Assembly: GCA_040289475.1 (NCBI GenBank) | Contig: PSLF01000008.1 | Span: 21,224 to 85,223, forward strand | Direction: 5' to 3' | From: Acidimicrobiia bacterium | Lineage (GTDB): Bacteria > Actinomycetota > Acidimicrobiia > ATN3 > PSLF01 | DNA length: 64,000 bases | Part shown: piece after piece, positions 38,510 through 49,919 of the stretch | How positions within the stretch are numbered: the stretch's first letter is position 1 | Layout: every line of letters starts with the position of its first letter | The notes under the pieces: generated by a model | What the model was told of the DNA's origin: nothing | Databases searched by the model: none | The model's input: the letters and a program-made list of their open reading frames with translations, nothing else | Made by a program: the position numbers and the translations under genes

Positions 38510-39076
38510 TTGGGCAGACTGTTCGTCATAGCAGGACCTTCGGGTGCAGGAAAAGGCAGCATCGTCCAGGCGCTGGCGGAGGAGGACCCACGCTTGTGGG
38601 TTGCCACCAGCGTGACCACTAGACCTCCTAGGCCAGGCGACGCTGATGGTGTGACCTACTTTTTCGTAGATGATGCTACCTTTGACGCCATGGCCCAAAA
38701 GGGCGCTCTTTTGGAGTGGGCGACCGTATATGGCTACAAGTACGGAACGCCGCGAGAGAAGGTGGAAGCCAAGCTAGCTGAAAGTCGTGACGTCATACTC
38801 GAGATTGATGTACAAGGTGCAATGCAAGTAAAGAAACGGATGCCCCAGGCAGTAACCATCTTTATAGAGCCCCCTAGCATAGACGAACTACGACGCAGGC
38901 TCGGGCGGCGCGGCACCGATGACGACGTAACGATCGAGAAGCGACTCGGTATTGCTAAAGAAGAGATTTCCAAAAAGGATCGCTTCGATTTTGTTGTAAT
39001 GAACGACAATCTAGAAGCCGCTATTGCCGAAGTCAGGGCTATCATCGACCAGGCCAGGAGGAATCAGAGCGTATGA
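38510..39076 (+). CDS. gmk: Guanylate kinase
   Basis: P-loop [10 protein letters not shown]. Confidence 0.95.
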   Translation: MGRLFVIAGPSGAGKGSIVQALAEEDPRLWVATSVTTRPPRPGDADGVTYFFVDDATFDAMAQKGALLEWATVYGYKYGTPREKVEAKLAESRDVILEIDVQGAMQVKKRMPQAVTIFIEPPSIDELRRRLGRRGTDDDVTIEKRLGIAKEEISKKDRFDFVVMNDNLEAAIAEVRAIIDQARRNQSV

Positions 39077-39348
39077 CTAGGCCCCCTATCGAAGAACTGC
39101 TCGCCAAGACTGGGTCGAAGTTCATTCTCGTAATGCTGGCGGCGCAGCGAGCCCGCCAAATAAACGACTACTACCTCCAATTGGGAGAGGGAATCGGAAG
39201 ATATGCTCCCCCACAGGTGCATACGACCTCCAGAAAACCTCTCACGATAGCGCTTGAGGAGATTGCCGCCGGCAAGATCACTTATGACGAGGAGTACTAC
39301 AAGAAGGCCATCGACTCTCTCAAGCAGGGCGCAAGTCGCGTAAAGTAA
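39073..39348 (+). CDS. rpoZ: RNA polymerase omega subunit
   Basis: 91 aa, [27 protein letters not shown]. Confidence 0.93.
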   Translation: MTRPPIEELLAKTGSKFILVMLAAQRARQINDYYLQLGEGIGRYAPPQVHTTSRKPLTIALEEIAAGKITYDEEYYKKAIDSLKQGASRVK

Positions 39349-39402
39349 CTTCAGAAGGCCCTCTCTTGAAGAGGGCGAGCTTTAGAGAGGTGGCCTATCC
39401 AT

Positions 39403-40668
39403 TTGATGAGTACGAATTCCAGCGTTCTATCGTCGAAGCATTTGGTCTTAGGCGTAACTGGGAGCATCTCGGCTTACAAATCTGTCTATCTCCTCCGAGA
39501 GTTGCTTCGACGCCGAGCAGAAGTGACTCCGGTCCTCACGGAGGACGCCAAGCGATTTGTGGGAATGCTTACCTTCGAGGCGCTCTCGGGTAAGCGGCTT
39601 GCGAAAGATTTGTGGAGCGGCGAGGAGCCTTTAGCGCACACGGTGTTGAGTAAATCGGCAGACGCTTTGCTTATCGCGCCTGCCACCGCGACGATACTTG
39701 CCAAAGCAGCTGCAGGCATAGCCGACGATCTGCTATCGGCAGTGATTCTTTCTACGTCGGCACCGGTCGTGATGATTCCAGCTATGCATACTGAGATGTG
39801 GGAAAACCATGCCACGCGCCACAACGTCGAGGTGCTGCGCTCGCGGGGCGTCACGGTGATGGAGCCCTCATGGGGCGAGTTAGCGGGATTCGATGAAGGA
39901 CCTGGAAGGCTCCCAGAGATTGAAGACATTGTTTACTTGACCGAGCTCGTGGTCGAGCGTGCGAACAATGCAGCTTTTCCGTTTTCGACGACGCCTGACA
40001 AGGAGCTAGATGGAATCTTTGCCGTTGTCACGGCCGGCGGGACTAGGGAGCCCATCGATGCGGTTCGATACGTGGGCAATCGATCTTCCGGGAAAATGGG
40101 ACATGCGCTTGCCCGAGAGGCCTGGTTGAGAGGCGCCAACGTAACGCTCGTCACCACCGTGCCTTTAGAAGCGGAGCGGCGGCGGTTGGACCAAGTGAAA
40201 GTGGAGACCGCTCACGAAATGCGCGATGCGGTCTTGGCCGCTGCGCCATCGGCGGATGTCGTAGTGATGGCCGCAGCTGTCGCTGATTTCAGGCCAAAAG
40301 AGCCGGTTGCTAATAAAATCAAAAAGGAAGTAGGACTCGACGCCGTAGCTTTTGAACCCAATCCAGACATCCTAGAAGAGCTAGCGCAGCTTCGAAAAAA
40401 GGGAGAGCTCGGAACGCGCCTGTTAGTGGGATTTGCGGCCGAAACGGGCGAATTAGACGAGAATGCCCGCATGAAGCTGGAGAGAAAGGACTTGGATGTT
40501 ATAGTCGCCAACGATGTGTCTAGGAAGGGGTCCGGCTTCGGCTCTGAAACTAACGAGGCGACTATCATCACTAGAGACGGGCTTACGGAGAATCTTCCTT
40601 TGATGCCCAAAGCCGCTCTTGCCCGTATCATCTGGGACCGTCTCGCAGTCCGACTCCGCGATCTGTAA
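39403..40668 (+). CDS. coaBC: Bifunctional phosphopantothenoylcysteine decarboxylase/synthetase
   Basis: Flavoprotein N-domain + DFP C-domain, 421 aa. Confidence 0.93.
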   Translation: MMSTNSSVLSSKHLVLGVTGSISAYKSVYLLRELLRRRAEVTPVLTEDAKRFVGMLTFEALSGKRLAKDLWSGEEPLAHTVLSKSADALLIAPATATILAKAAAGIADDLLSAVILSTSAPVVMIPAMHTEMWENHATRHNVEVLRSRGVTVMEPSWGELAGFDEGPGRLPEIEDIVYLTELVVERANNAAFPFSTTPDKELDGIFAVVTAGGTREPIDAVRYVGNRSSGKMGHALAREAWLRGANVTLVTTVPLEAERRRLDQVKVETAHEMRDAVLAAAPSADVVVMAAAVADFRPKEPVANKIKKEVGLDAVAFEPNPDILEELAQLRKKGELGTRLLVGFAAETGELDENARMKLERKDLDVIVANDVSRKGSGFGSETNEATIITRDGLTENLPLMPKAALARIIWDRLAVRLRDL

Positions 40669-40690
40669 TCTCTATGGGTGCAAAAGTGAG

Positions 40691-41884
40691 GTGAGTGTGG
40701 ATAGGAATTTTCTGTTTACTTCAGAATCGGTTACCGAGGGCCACCCTGACAAAGTCGCCGACCAAGTCTCCGATGCCGTGTTGGATGCGGTCTTGGAGCA
40801 GGACGAGACCGGTAGGGTCGCCTGCGAGACGTTGATCACGACCGGCATGGTAATCGTGGCCGGCGAAATTTCTACTACTGCCCAGTTTGATCTTCAAAAG
40901 CTCGTGCGCCAGACAATCCGGGAGATTGGGTACACCAAAGCCGAGTATGGCTTCGATGCAGACGCTTGCGGTGTCATGGTGTGCTTGGACGAACAAAGTC
41001 CCGACATTGCAATAGGGGTAGACAAGGCTCTGGAGGTGCGATCCGAGGGCTCGTCTGACGCTCGAGACGAGCAAGGGGCGGGCGATCAGGGAATGATGTT
41101 CGGGTTTGCATGTGACGAAACCCCGGATCTCATGCCTATGCCTATCTGGCTAGCCCATCGGCTCGCCAAGCAGCTGGCGAAGGTGAGAAAGAGCGGACAA
41201 TTGAAGTTCTTGAGACCGGATGGGAAGACCCAAGTCACCATCGAGTACGAAAATGGTCGACCGAAGCGACTGCACACGCTGCTGATCTCTGCCCAGCATG
41301 ATCCAGACGTCACAACAGACGAACTAAAGGACGCGCTGTTCGAGTCTGTCGTGAGGCCAGTGGTAGCCGATCACATCGACTCTTCGGAAATGAAAGTGTT
41401 GGTAAACCCCACTGGGCGCTTTGAGATTGGAGGTCCCCACGCCGACACCGGACTAACGGGACGAAAGGTCATAGTAGACACCTATGGTGGGTATGCTAGA
41501 CACGGCGGTGGTGCTTTCTCTGGAAAGGATCCCTCCAAGGTGGACCGGTCTGGAGCATATGCTGCGCGTTGGATAGCGAAAAACATCGTAGCTGCAGGAC
41601 TGGCGCGAAGATGTGAGGTACAGATTGCCTATGCCATCGGGAAGTCGAGGCCGGTTTCTGTGATGCTAGAAACTTTTGGTACTTCAAAAATCGACGAGGA
41701 GAAGTTGCAATGGGCTATCTCGGATGTGTTTGACCTCAGGCCGCTCGCGATCATTGAGAGACTTCAGCTAAGAAGGCCTATCTATAGAAAAACCGCGGCA
41801 TACGGACACTTTGGTCGCTCCGACTCAGAGTTCACATGGGAAGCAAGCGACGCGGCCCAAGAGCTAAAAGACCGCTTTCTTTAA
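40691..41884 (+). CDS. metK: S-adenosylmethionine synthetase
   Basis: [16 protein letters not shown]-terminal motif; start set at GTG 40691 preceded by a gtgagg SD-like sequence (the ORF is open from 40619, overlapping coaBC). Confidence 0.93.
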   Translation: MSVDRNFLFTSESVTEGHPDKVADQVSDAVLDAVLEQDETGRVACETLITTGMVIVAGEISTTAQFDLQKLVRQTIREIGYTKAEYGFDADACGVMVCLDEQSPDIAIGVDKALEVRSEGSSDARDEQGAGDQGMMFGFACDETPDLMPMPIWLAHRLAKQLAKVRKSGQLKFLRPDGKTQVTIEYENGRPKRLHTLLISAQHDPDVTTDELKDALFESVVRPVVADHIDSSEMKVLVNPTGRFEIGGPHADTGLTGRKVIVDTYGGYARHGGGAFSGKDPSKVDRSGAYAARWIAKNIVAAGLARRCEVQIAYAIGKSRPVSVMLETFGTSKIDEEKLQWAISDVFDLRPLAIIERLQLRRPIYRKTAAYGHFGRSDSEFTWEASDAAQELKDRFL

Positions 41885-41963
41885 ACTGAGCTCGTGATGC
41901 CGCTTCGAATCTGAGGACGGGGTCCGGCAGCCCTCCAGTGCGGACCAGACCTTCTTCACTTCG

Positions 41964-44009
41964 GTGAGCGAGCAGTATTGGGAGATCCCTCGCGGGCCTC
42001 TCGCAACAGTGCTCCAAACCGCTGTGAGAGAGGGCTATCGCCGGTTTCTAGCGGATCCCCGCCCAGGGCCCGTTGCCAAGGTCGTGTTGGACCATCCCAC
42101 AAGAGATGTTCACTACGACTACCTTGTCCCACCGAACCTTTCGCCTTCTGTTAGGGTCGGTTCTTTGGTGTGGGTTCCATCTCGCAATCGGCGCTCGAGG
42201 GGTTGGGTGGTCGGGTTTAGCGAAGAAATTGTCGCCGGATTAAAACAGATTCTGTCGTTGGGGGCTCCCTTCCCTTTGCTTTCGTTGTCCCAGGTGAGAC
42301 TAGCGGCAGCAGCGGCCGAGTATTACTTGACCGATATTCGGAGGTTTCTGCGCCGAATGACACCGCCAACTTCGCTGCGCTCGGCGACTTCCAACACGGC
42401 ACTGAACGGGAGGCCATTCCTTGAGGTGGCTGGAGGTGATCGTTCGGCCTACGAGCTGGATCGGGAGACGTCGGAGAAAAACGAGGCGGCCTCGTGGCTG
42501 AGAGATGCTCTCGTTACCCAGGGATACGAGATAGTCGATACGAATCCTGTACACGAAGAAGGGATGGATTGTGATGACTTGGAAGTGATTTTGGTGCGTC
42601 ACCCTCCCGGGCATCCGCCTGTTTCCGTTTTCTCGGAGTTTTTCCAGAGACTAAGAGCGGGCGGCCAGTCGAGTTTGGTGGCGCTGGGTAGCGCCGTGAC
42701 CGCTGATGCCAAGCAAATGCTGGCGGCATTAGGCAGCGACTACGTGTTCATAGATACCAAAGCTCCTACTAAGGTTCGGGCGGCCAACTGGTCCACAGCA
42801 TCGAGCCCTGGCTGTGTCATAGCTGGAGACAGGGCTGTCGTTCTGCAGCGCGCGGCGCCTCTGGGGGCTGTTTGTGTCCTAAACGAAGCTTCCCCAAGCC
42901 ACATTGAGGACCGCATCCCTTATTACAATGCGCGAACGGTGGCTCTCTTGCGAGCTCGGATCGAACGGTGTTCGACGATACTGGCCGCGCCATGGCCTTC
43001 TTACGATGCCCGGGCTTCTCGTACTCGGTACATACAGCCCGGGCGCGATGTCCGCAAAGCTTTGTTCCCCAAGGTTGTCGTGGTCGATCGCTCTAAAGAG
43101 GTGCCAGAGCCGGGCCACATAGCGCCCTTTTCTGCTCGACTCGTGCGAAATGTCGTAGGAAAAGGGGGCCGTGCAGTTTTGTTCGTGACGAAAAAGGGCG
43201 AGTATCGCTCCCAGCGATGCACGGACTGCTGGTTCACGATGGAGCGGGACTCATATACACGCTGTCCCCGGTGCGGCTCCGAGCGCCTACGGCTCGCAGG
43301 ACCGGGAGTTGCAGCTATCGAGGACGAGGCGAGAAGACTTTTTCCGGGTTTTTCGGTAGGTCACGTTGTAAAGGACGGCTCGGGAACACCGGGTTCTGCC
43401 GCGGGTGCGTCCGCATCTATTGTTGTTGCCACAGAGGCGGCACTTTGGCGTTTAGACAGAGTCCAGCTAGTAGTAGTCGTGAGCTTCGAGTCGCTAGTAG
43501 GTTTAGTGAGCTTTGATGCGTGGCATAGGACCGCTCGGATCTTGTACGACTTGTGCGCACTACTAGTGCGGGGTCAGCGAAAAGACTATCGTAAGTACGA
43601 CGATGAGGTACCGGGAGCAATAGCTATTCAGACTTATCACTCTGACCATCCGGTTCTTCAGGCGTTTGCCCAAGACGAAGAAAATCTTTTGCTAGACCGG
43701 GACCTGGTAGCGCGGAAAGCAGAGTGGTTACCGCCCTATTCGCGGGCAGTCCTTGTAGAAAGCCCGGATGAAACGGGAAAAGCTCTCATAGATGAGTTCG
43801 CTGAAAGACTCGCCTCTGTAGACCGCGCGAACTCACGTCTTGAAATAGCAGGTCCGCACGACGACGGTAAGCATCGTAGGGCACTCGTTCTTCACGACGG
43901 AAGTGTCTCTTTGTGGGAGCCCGTATCAGCCCTCAGAAAGGCAGCGGAGACCAAAGGGGCCAGAGTGCGAGTCGAGGTCGATCCCGACGCTTCATACCGC
44001 CAGCTTTGA
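41964..44009 (+). CDS. priA: Primosomal protein N' (PriA), degenerate ATPase motifs
   Basis: 681 aa, N-terminal 3' DNA-binding-domain-like region, C-terminal Cys4 zinc finger CTDCWF...CPRCGS; no canonical Walker A found. Confidence 0.8.
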   Translation: MSEQYWEIPRGPLATVLQTAVREGYRRFLADPRPGPVAKVVLDHPTRDVHYDYLVPPNLSPSVRVGSLVWVPSRNRRSRGWVVGFSEEIVAGLKQILSLGAPFPLLSLSQVRLAAAAAEYYLTDIRRFLRRMTPPTSLRSATSNTALNGRPFLEVAGGDRSAYELDRETSEKNEAASWLRDALVTQGYEIVDTNPVHEEGMDCDDLEVILVRHPPGHPPVSVFSEFFQRLRAGGQSSLVALGSAVTADAKQMLAALGSDYVFIDTKAPTKVRAANWSTASSPGCVIAGDRAVVLQRAAPLGAVCVLNEASPSHIEDRIPYYNARTVALLRARIERCSTILAAPWPSYDARASRTRYIQPGRDVRKALFPKVVVVDRSKEVPEPGHIAPFSARLVRNVVGKGGRAVLFVTKKGEYRSQRCTDCWFTMERDSYTRCPRCGSERLRLAGPGVAAIEDEARRLFPGFSVGHVVKDGSGTPGSAAGASASIVVATEAALWRLDRVQLVVVVSFESLVGLVSFDAWHRTARILYDLCALLVRGQRKDYRKYDDEVPGAIAIQTYHSDHPVLQAFAQDEENLLLDRDLVARKAEWLPPYSRAVLVESPDETGKALIDEFAERLASVDRANSRLEIAGPHDDGKHRRALVLHDGSVSLWEPVSALRKAAETKGARVRVEVDPDASYRQL

Positions 44010-44019
44010 GGAGCTATCC

Positions 44020-44511
44020 ATGGCAATTCTTCCAATAAGAAAGTATGGAGATCCAGTGCTGCGGCGAGTTGCATCTCGGGTTTCGCCAGGCGAGATAGGC
44101 CCCGAGCTTCGCAAGCTCGCAGACGACATGCTCGAGACAATGTACGACGCCCCTGGGGTAGGTCTGGCGGGCCCACAAGTCGGCGTGGAGAAACAGATAT
44201 TTGTTTTTGACATCGGATCTGGTCCCGGCGCTCTAATAAATCCCCGGATACTCAAGACGGAGGGAACCTGGGTCTATAACGAAGGATGCCTTTCGGTGCC
44301 GGGCCTGTGGTTCGAGATCGAGCGCCCTGGCTTTGTTGTCGCTACAGGTCTTGATTTGGACGGTAAGGAAATAACTGTTGAGGGCGACGAACTTCTCGGC
44401 CGGCTACTTCTTCACGAAACCGACCATTTAGAGGGCGTACTTCTCATCGACCGGCTTGACCGGGAGCGCCGAAAGGAGGCCCTAGCTGAGATCAGGCGAA
44501 GGCTTATGTAA
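44020..44511 (+). CDS. def: Peptide deformylase
   Basis: MAILPIRKYGDPVL start, GVGLAGPQVG, EGCLS, HETDHLEG motifs. Confidence 0.95.
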   Translation: MAILPIRKYGDPVLRRVASRVSPGEIGPELRKLADDMLETMYDAPGVGLAGPQVGVEKQIFVFDIGSGPGALINPRILKTEGTWVYNEGCLSVPGLWFEIERPGFVVATGLDLDGKEITVEGDELLGRLLLHETDHLEGVLLIDRLDRERRKEALAEIRRRLM

Positions 44512-45476
44512 TGTCTGGTAGGGCGCGCGTTGTGTTCTTCGGTTCTCCAACCTGTGCTGTGCCGTCATTGAGAGCTCTCTGCGAGTGGGGCGCGGACATC
44601 GTCTATGTCGTTACCCAACCAGCTCGCGGAAGAAAGAGAGGTCGCAGAGACATTCCCACCCCTGTAGCTTGCGAGGCTGCATCTCGAGGGATTCGGGTAC
44701 TTTCTCCGTCCAAAGTGAACCAAATTCTCCCCCAGATTCAGGAGTCTCGGTCAGATGCCGGCGTAATCGTCGCTTATGGCCAAATCATTCCCAAGGAAAT
44801 GATCGAGATATTTCGCAACGGGATACTCAATTTGCATTTTTCTCTGCTACCCAGGTGGAGAGGGGCGGCACCGGTCCAGCGGGCGATACTAGCCGGAGAT
44901 ACGACAACAGGCGTCTGCACAATGTTGATTGACGAAGGCCTTGATACGGGGCCCGTGCTCGAGTGTGAGGCCACGCAGATAGAGCCACGAGAGCGTGCGG
45001 GTGAGTTGGAAGCAAGGCTTGCCGAAATTGGAGCACGCCTTGTCATTCGTTCACTCGAGGCAATCTTGGAAGGGACGGCTCGACCTAAGCCACAGCCAGC
45101 GGATGGCGTGACTTACGCGCCTCCCCTAAAACGGGAGGAGTGTCAGATTGACTGGAGCAAAAGTGCCTTCGATATCGAAAGGCTAGTTCGGGCCGCACAC
45201 CCGAGCCCTTGCGCATTCACATACTTGAGGGGAAAGCTCATAAAAATCCACAGAGCTTTTGCGATTTCGGAAGCGTCACTGCCAGAGTGGGGGCGGCAAC
45301 CTGGCAAATCTCCCGGAGACGTGGTGGTCGATGAAAACGGCCAGCTGAGGGTGGTTTGCGGGGACGGCATCCTCGTTCTAGAGGAGGTTCAGCCCGAGGG
45401 AAAAAGGGTAATGTTGGCGAGAGAGTTCCTTCGGGGCGTGCGCATGAGTAACACTATTCGACTGGGCACATCATGA
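44511..45476 (+). CDS. fmt: Methionyl-tRNA formyltransferase
   Basis: 321 aa, formyltransferase N- and C-domains, ILNLHFSLLPRWRGAAPVQRAIL. Confidence 0.95.
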   Translation: MSGRARVVFFGSPTCAVPSLRALCEWGADIVYVVTQPARGRKRGRRDIPTPVACEAASRGIRVLSPSKVNQILPQIQESRSDAGVIVAYGQIIPKEMIEIFRNGILNLHFSLLPRWRGAAPVQRAILAGDTTTGVCTMLIDEGLDTGPVLECEATQIEPRERAGELEARLAEIGARLVIRSLEAILEGTARPKPQPADGVTYAPPLKREECQIDWSKSAFDIERLVRAAHPSPCAFTYLRGKLIKIHRAFAISEASLPEWGRQPGKSPGDVVVDENGQLRVVCGDGILVLEEVQPEGKRVMLAREFLRGVRMSNTIRLGTS

Positions 45477-45486
45477 TCTGTCTGCG

Positions 45487-46224
45487 ATGAAACCCAAGCT
45501 TGCCCCCTCGATACTTTCGGCTGATTTTTGGGCACTCGGGGATGCAATTGAGGCTGTCTCCGAACATGCCGACATGATTCATGTTGATGTCATGGACGGT
45601 TGTTTCGTACCTAACATCACCATGGGAAATGTCGTAATCGAGGCCATAAAGGCTCACAGCAATCTGTTCGTCGACTGTCATTTAATGGCGGTTAGGCCTG
45701 CCTCCCACTTCGATTCGCTTGCAGCCTCCGGAGCCGACTCGATCAGTTTTCACTATGAGGCGAGCGACGATCCGCGTAAAGACCTGAGCTCGCTGCGGAA
45801 GCTAGGTATTGGGGCATCCATTGCGATCAATCCATCCACATCTGAAGAGGTACTCATTACGTTGCTCGACTCGACCGACATGGTGGTAGTGATGTCTGTA
45901 AATCCGGGTTTCTCTGGTCAGAGGTTCATAGAGTCTGCCATCGATAAGATTAGGTGCATAAGACAGTGGCGGGAAGAAATGGGACTTGGTTTTGAGATCG
46001 AGGTGGACGGGGGGATAACAGCCGAGAACATTGAAAGAGCGGCAGAAGCGGGAGCCACGGTTTTTGTCTCCGCCAGCTCGATATTTGGGAGCAAGGATCC
46101 GGCGGGAGCTGCAGCAGAGCTGAAGCGGCTGGCATCTGTGGGGATGGCTCGGTGCCCCTTCGGAGCATCGTCGCCGCAAAAGGCGGTGGGTGCAGATAAT
46201 CTATTGTGGGGAAAAGAGCAATGA
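45487..46224 (+). CDS. rpe: Ribulose-phosphate 3-epimerase
   Basis: KLAPSILSADF, HVDVMDG motifs. Confidence 0.93.
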   Translation: MKPKLAPSILSADFWALGDAIEAVSEHADMIHVDVMDGCFVPNITMGNVVIEAIKAHSNLFVDCHLMAVRPASHFDSLAASGADSISFHYEASDDPRKDLSSLRKLGIGASIAINPSTSEEVLITLLDSTDMVVVMSVNPGFSGQRFIESAIDKIRCIRQWREEMGLGFEIEVDGGITAENIERAAEAGATVFVSASSIFGSKDPAGAAAELKRLASVGMARCPFGASSPQKAVGADNLLWGKEQ

Positions 46225-46616
46225 CACAGACGAGCGAGTCCACATCCAAGAAAACCATCGTCGTCGTGGACGATGACAGGGATATCCGGATGATACTGAG
46301 GGCCAACCTCGAGGACGAGGGTTACGAGGTTATAGAGGCCAGTGGAGGGCGACAAGCACTCGAACTGATTCGGGAGAGCGAACCTGATTTGGTCGTACTC
46401 GACATCATGATGCCGGAGGTCGACGGATACGATGTACTCCAGGAGTTGAGAAGCACGCCCGAGTATGCGGAACTCCCTGTAGTCCTTCTGACCGCTCGGC
46501 GTCAAGAGGCTGATGTGTGGGAGGGGTGGTCCGCTGGTGCCGACTACTACATAACAAAGCCCTTCAAAATGAACGAACTAGTGCAATTCATTCGTTACAT
46601 CTTCGGCGAGGATTAG
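46206..46616 (+). CDS. Stand-alone response-regulator receiver (CheY-like) protein
   Basis: KKTIVVVDDDRDIRMIL ... DLVVLDIMMPEVDGYDVL ... YYITKPF; phospho-acceptor Asp and Lys present; overlaps rpe stop by 19 nt. Confidence 0.85.
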   Translation: MGKRAMTQTSESTSKKTIVVVDDDRDIRMILRANLEDEGYEVIEASGGRQALELIRESEPDLVVLDIMMPEVDGYDVLQELRSTPEYAELPVVLLTARRQEADVWEGWSAGADYYITKPFKMNELVQFIRYIFGED

Positions 46617-46703
46617 CTTGGACTAAAAAACCTCGGCTCGCGGTTCTCTTGTCCGACGATGATTCCATACCAGACTCTTCGCTGAGTTTCCTTGGTGTTT
46701 TAG

Positions 46704-47912
46704 ATGGATCCCGAGCACGCCACCGTCGAGGCGTTCATGAAAGAAGCAGTCCGGCTGGCCACGCGCGGCCGGTGGACCGCGCATCCCAACCCCGCTGTGG
46801 GGGCGGTGGTTGTCAAGGACGGGCAGATAGTAGGCAGGGGATACCACAGGGGCCCCGGGACACCCCATGCGGAAGCGGAAGCATTGAAAGAGGCCGGGAC
46901 CGAAGCGTACGGGGCCGACCTTTACGTAACTTTGGAGCCGTGTGTGCACACCGGCAGAACTCCACCTTGTACTGAAGCCATCCTCGCGTCGCGGGTGCAC
47001 AGGGTATTTATCGGAATGATAGATCCCGACAAAAGAGTCTCCGGTAGGGGAGTGGAGCTTCTGAGGCAGAAAGGACTTAAAGTTGAAGTGGGGTTCGCTC
47101 AAAAAGAAGTAGAGGCAATCGACCCGGAGTACTTCCACCATAAGAAAACGGGCCGCCCCTTCGTCCGTTACAAAACAGCTGCGACTCTCGACGGCTTCGT
47201 CGCCGCAGCCGATGGCAGCTCTAAGTGGATCACCTCTGGCAAAGCGCGCGAGGACGCACACTTCTACCGGGCTCGAGCCGATGCTATAGCCGTTGGGTCA
47301 GGCACTGTGGTTGCCGATGATCCCGAGCTTACCTGCAGGCTCGATGGATTCGAGGGGCCGCAGCCAGTACGCGTAATCTTTGACACGTCGGGAAGACTAT
47401 CGGGAAACGAGAAGCTGTTTTCAACTGCCGCTAGCTTTGAGGGGGGTGCGATCGCAATCTTCAGCGGCCCCGCTGGTGCGAAGAGCTTAAGCGCCAAGCT
47501 TCGCTCTGCCGGACACGAAGTCGAGGTGGTATCCGCAGGCGATCTAGGCTGTTGGCATATTTCAAATCTACCGCGCGTCGGAGTTGTAACGACAAAGCTG
47601 TCGGGCGGTGTGGTAGATGTAGGTTCGACCTTGCGTTTTTTGGGATCTGTACAGATCGTAGAGCTGCTCTTGGAAGGGGGACCTCGATTAGCGGCATCCT
47701 TTGTGGCAGGAGGATACATAGACGAAATGGTCTTGTACATAGGGGCCAAGTTGTTGGGTGGCGGTGGCATTCCGATCCTTGAAGGTGAGGTGGGGCAGTC
47801 GATAGACAGTGCCGAAATGTGGCAAGTTTGTGAAGTTTCCAGAATCGAAAGCGACGCAAAGATTGTGGCGAGGCCCATAGGCGATGATAGTGGACAGCAC
47901 GACAGGGCGTAG
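46704..47912 (+). CDS. ribD: Bifunctional riboflavin biosynthesis deaminase/reductase
   Basis: CMP/dCMP deaminase zinc motif HAEAEAL ... EPCVHTGRTPPC plus reductase domain. Confidence 0.93.
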   Translation: MDPEHATVEAFMKEAVRLATRGRWTAHPNPAVGAVVVKDGQIVGRGYHRGPGTPHAEAEALKEAGTEAYGADLYVTLEPCVHTGRTPPCTEAILASRVHRVFIGMIDPDKRVSGRGVELLRQKGLKVEVGFAQKEVEAIDPEYFHHKKTGRPFVRYKTAATLDGFVAAADGSSKWITSGKAREDAHFYRARADAIAVGSGTVVADDPELTCRLDGFEGPQPVRVIFDTSGRLSGNEKLFSTAASFEGGAIAIFSGPAGAKSLSAKLRSAGHEVEVVSAGDLGCWHISNLPRVGVVTTKLSGGVVDVGSTLRFLGSVQIVELLLEGGPRLAASFVAGGYIDEMVLYIGAKLLGGGGIPILEGEVGQSIDSAEMWQVCEVSRIESDAKIVARPIGDDSGQHDRA

Positions 47913-47959
47913 TCTCTGTCAGGGAGTTCGTTTTAGAAGGTAGGGAATTTGGATACTAC

Positions 47960-48568
47960 ATGTTCACTGGGATAGTGGAGGCGGTTGGCACCGTCAAAGC
48001 TGTGCTTCGTTCCGACTGGGGATCCAAATTTCTAGTAGATATTTCTAACCTCAGTAGGCAGGTCCGCATAGGGGATTCCGTAGCCATAAACGGATGTTGT
48101 TTGACGGCTACAGGGGTGTCGGGTTCGAAAGCACACTTTGACGCTGTTAGGGAAACTTTGGAGAGGACAAACCTAGCACTTCTGACCGAGGGCGATCGCG
48201 TAAACCTGGAGGCTGCTATAGGAGCAGGAGAGCCTATGGGTGGTCACTTTGTCCAGGGCCACATTGACTGCACTGGGGTTGTAGAGTCGCTCGTAGATGA
48301 GGGGGAAGCTAGGCGAGTTCGCCTTAGCTATCCGGTCGAATTTGCGCCTTATGTCGCCCAAAAGGGATCTGTAGCCGCCGATGGGGTGAGCCTAACGGTC
48401 GCCGCCTGTGGCGATAACTTCCTCGAGGTGGTACTAGTTCCTCATACGATAAAAGTGACGACGCTTGGCGCGTGGGAGGTGGGATACCGGCCCAACATTG
48501 AGTTCGATGTTCTAGCCAAGTACGTCGAGAGAATGCTCGGCCTTTACACGGATAAGAAGCAGCCTTAG
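47960..48568 (+). CDS. ribE: Riboflavin synthase alpha subunit
   Basis: [12 protein letters not shown] canonical start, two lumazine-binding repeats. Confidence 0.93.
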   Translation: MFTGIVEAVGTVKAVLRSDWGSKFLVDISNLSRQVRIGDSVAINGCCLTATGVSGSKAHFDAVRETLERTNLALLTEGDRVNLEAAIGAGEPMGGHFVQGHIDCTGVVESLVDEGEARRVRLSYPVEFAPYVAQKGSVAADGVSLTVAACGDNFLEVVLVPHTIKVTTLGAWEVGYRPNIEFDVLAKYVERMLGLYTDKKQP

Positions 48569-48570
48569 CG

Positions 48571-49914
48571 ATGAAAGAGTTTTTCCCGGTCGAAGGGGCG
48601 ATCGAGGCCATCCGGTACGGCCGGATGGTCATAGTTGTCGACGACGCAGACCGCGAAAACGAAGGCGATCTCGTTTGCGCAGCAGAGAAGGTCACGCCAG
48701 AGATCGTCAATTTCATGGTGACTCATGGACGGGGTTTGGTGTGTGTCCCAATGTTGGGCTCCCGCCTCGACGAGCTGGAAATACCACTTATGGTCACCGA
48801 AAACACAGATGCCAAAGAGACAGCGTTCTGCGTATCGGTAGATTACAAGCACAAGACGACTACCGGGATATCCGCTTACGATAGAGCAGTGACGATTAGG
48901 GCCCTTATCGATCCCGCATCCAAGCCCGAGGATTTCACTCGACCCGGCCATGTCTTTCCTCTGAGATACCAAGAGGGTGGAGTGCTCAAGAGGGCTGGAC
49001 ACACCGAGGCGGCTGTCGACCTGGCACGCCTGGCCGGATTGGCACCCGCCGGAGTCATATGCGAGGTTATGCGGGAAGACGGCGAGATGGCGAGAGTTCC
49101 GTTCCTTCTGGAAATGTCTTCCCGTTTTGACATTCCGATCATCACTATAGCGGACCTGATTCACTACCGGAGGCAGTCAGAGCGACTTATAAGGAGGGTG
49201 GCTGAGGCTCGCCTCCCCACTTGTTACGGGGAATTCCGGGCTATTGGGTACGAGTCATTGGTCGACGGCGGACAGCATTTGGCCTTGGTAAAGGGAGACG
49301 TTGCTGGGCGAGATGGAGTCTTGGTGAGGGTTCATTCTGAGTGCCTGACTGGCGATGTGTTCGGGTCGTTGAGGTGCGACTGTGGCCGCCAGCTGCAACT
49401 TGCGCTCAAGAAGATTTCCGAAGAGGGTGCGGGTGTGGTGCTTTATTTCAGGGGTCACGAGGGAAGGGGTATCGGTCTCCTGCACAAACTGCAGGCATAC
49501 GAGCTCCAAGAGCGAGGGCACGACACCGTAGACGCCAACCTTCGTCTTGGCTTTCCAGCGGACGCACGCGACTACGGAATCGGCGCTCAGATCCTTGCGG
49601 ACCTAGGCATAACGACAATGCGGCTGATGACAAACAATCCGACCAAGCGAGCAGGACTCGAGGGGTACGGTCTCAAGATCGTTGGGCGGGTTCCGCTTGA
49701 GACAGATCCGACGCGCGAGAACATAGCTTATCTCAGGGCCAAAAAAGAAAAGCTAGGCCACCTTTTGGACGGGCTTGAGGCATCAATGGAGCCCAACGGC
49801 CACAAATACAGCGGTTCGACTTCTTCGACAGGGCTGGCACCTTCGTCATCGAAGAAGGAATTAGAGGAAGCCGAGGCTGTAGAAAACCCTCCACGAGGAG
49901 AGTCCGGCCAATAA
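48571..49914 (+). CDS. ribBA: Bifunctional 3,4-dihydroxy-2-butanone-4-phosphate synthase / GTP cyclohydrolase II
   Basis: DHBP synthase N-half (RENEGDLV) and GCH-II C-half (CDCGRQLQ). Confidence 0.95.
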   Translation: MKEFFPVEGAIEAIRYGRMVIVVDDADRENEGDLVCAAEKVTPEIVNFMVTHGRGLVCVPMLGSRLDELEIPLMVTENTDAKETAFCVSVDYKHKTTTGISAYDRAVTIRALIDPASKPEDFTRPGHVFPLRYQEGGVLKRAGHTEAAVDLARLAGLAPAGVICEVMREDGEMARVPFLLEMSSRFDIPIITIADLIHYRRQSERLIRRVAEARLPTCYGEFRAIGYESLVDGGQHLALVKGDVAGRDGVLVRVHSECLTGDVFGSLRCDCGRQLQLALKKISEEGAGVVLYFRGHEGRGIGLLHKLQAYELQERGHDTVDANLRLGFPADARDYGIGAQILADLGITTMRLMTNNPTKRAGLEGYGLKIVGRVPLETDPTRENIAYLRAKKEKLGHLLDGLEASMEPNGHKYSGSTSSTGLAPSSSKKELEEAEAVENPPRGESGQ

Positions 49915-49919
49915 ACCAC

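Noticed and set aside
40600-40700. Possible SAM riboswitch before metK
   Set aside because: metK begins right after coaBC (ORFs overlap); no room for a leader RNA.
46617-46703. Possible FMN riboswitch upstream of ribD
   Set aside because: Only 87 nt intergenic and none of the conserved RFN motifs (GGATGGGA, CCGACCGGCGGTA) are present on the + strand.
46623-47261. 212-aa minus-strand ORF overlapping ribD
   Set aside because: Antisense to conserved ribD deaminase domain; no features.
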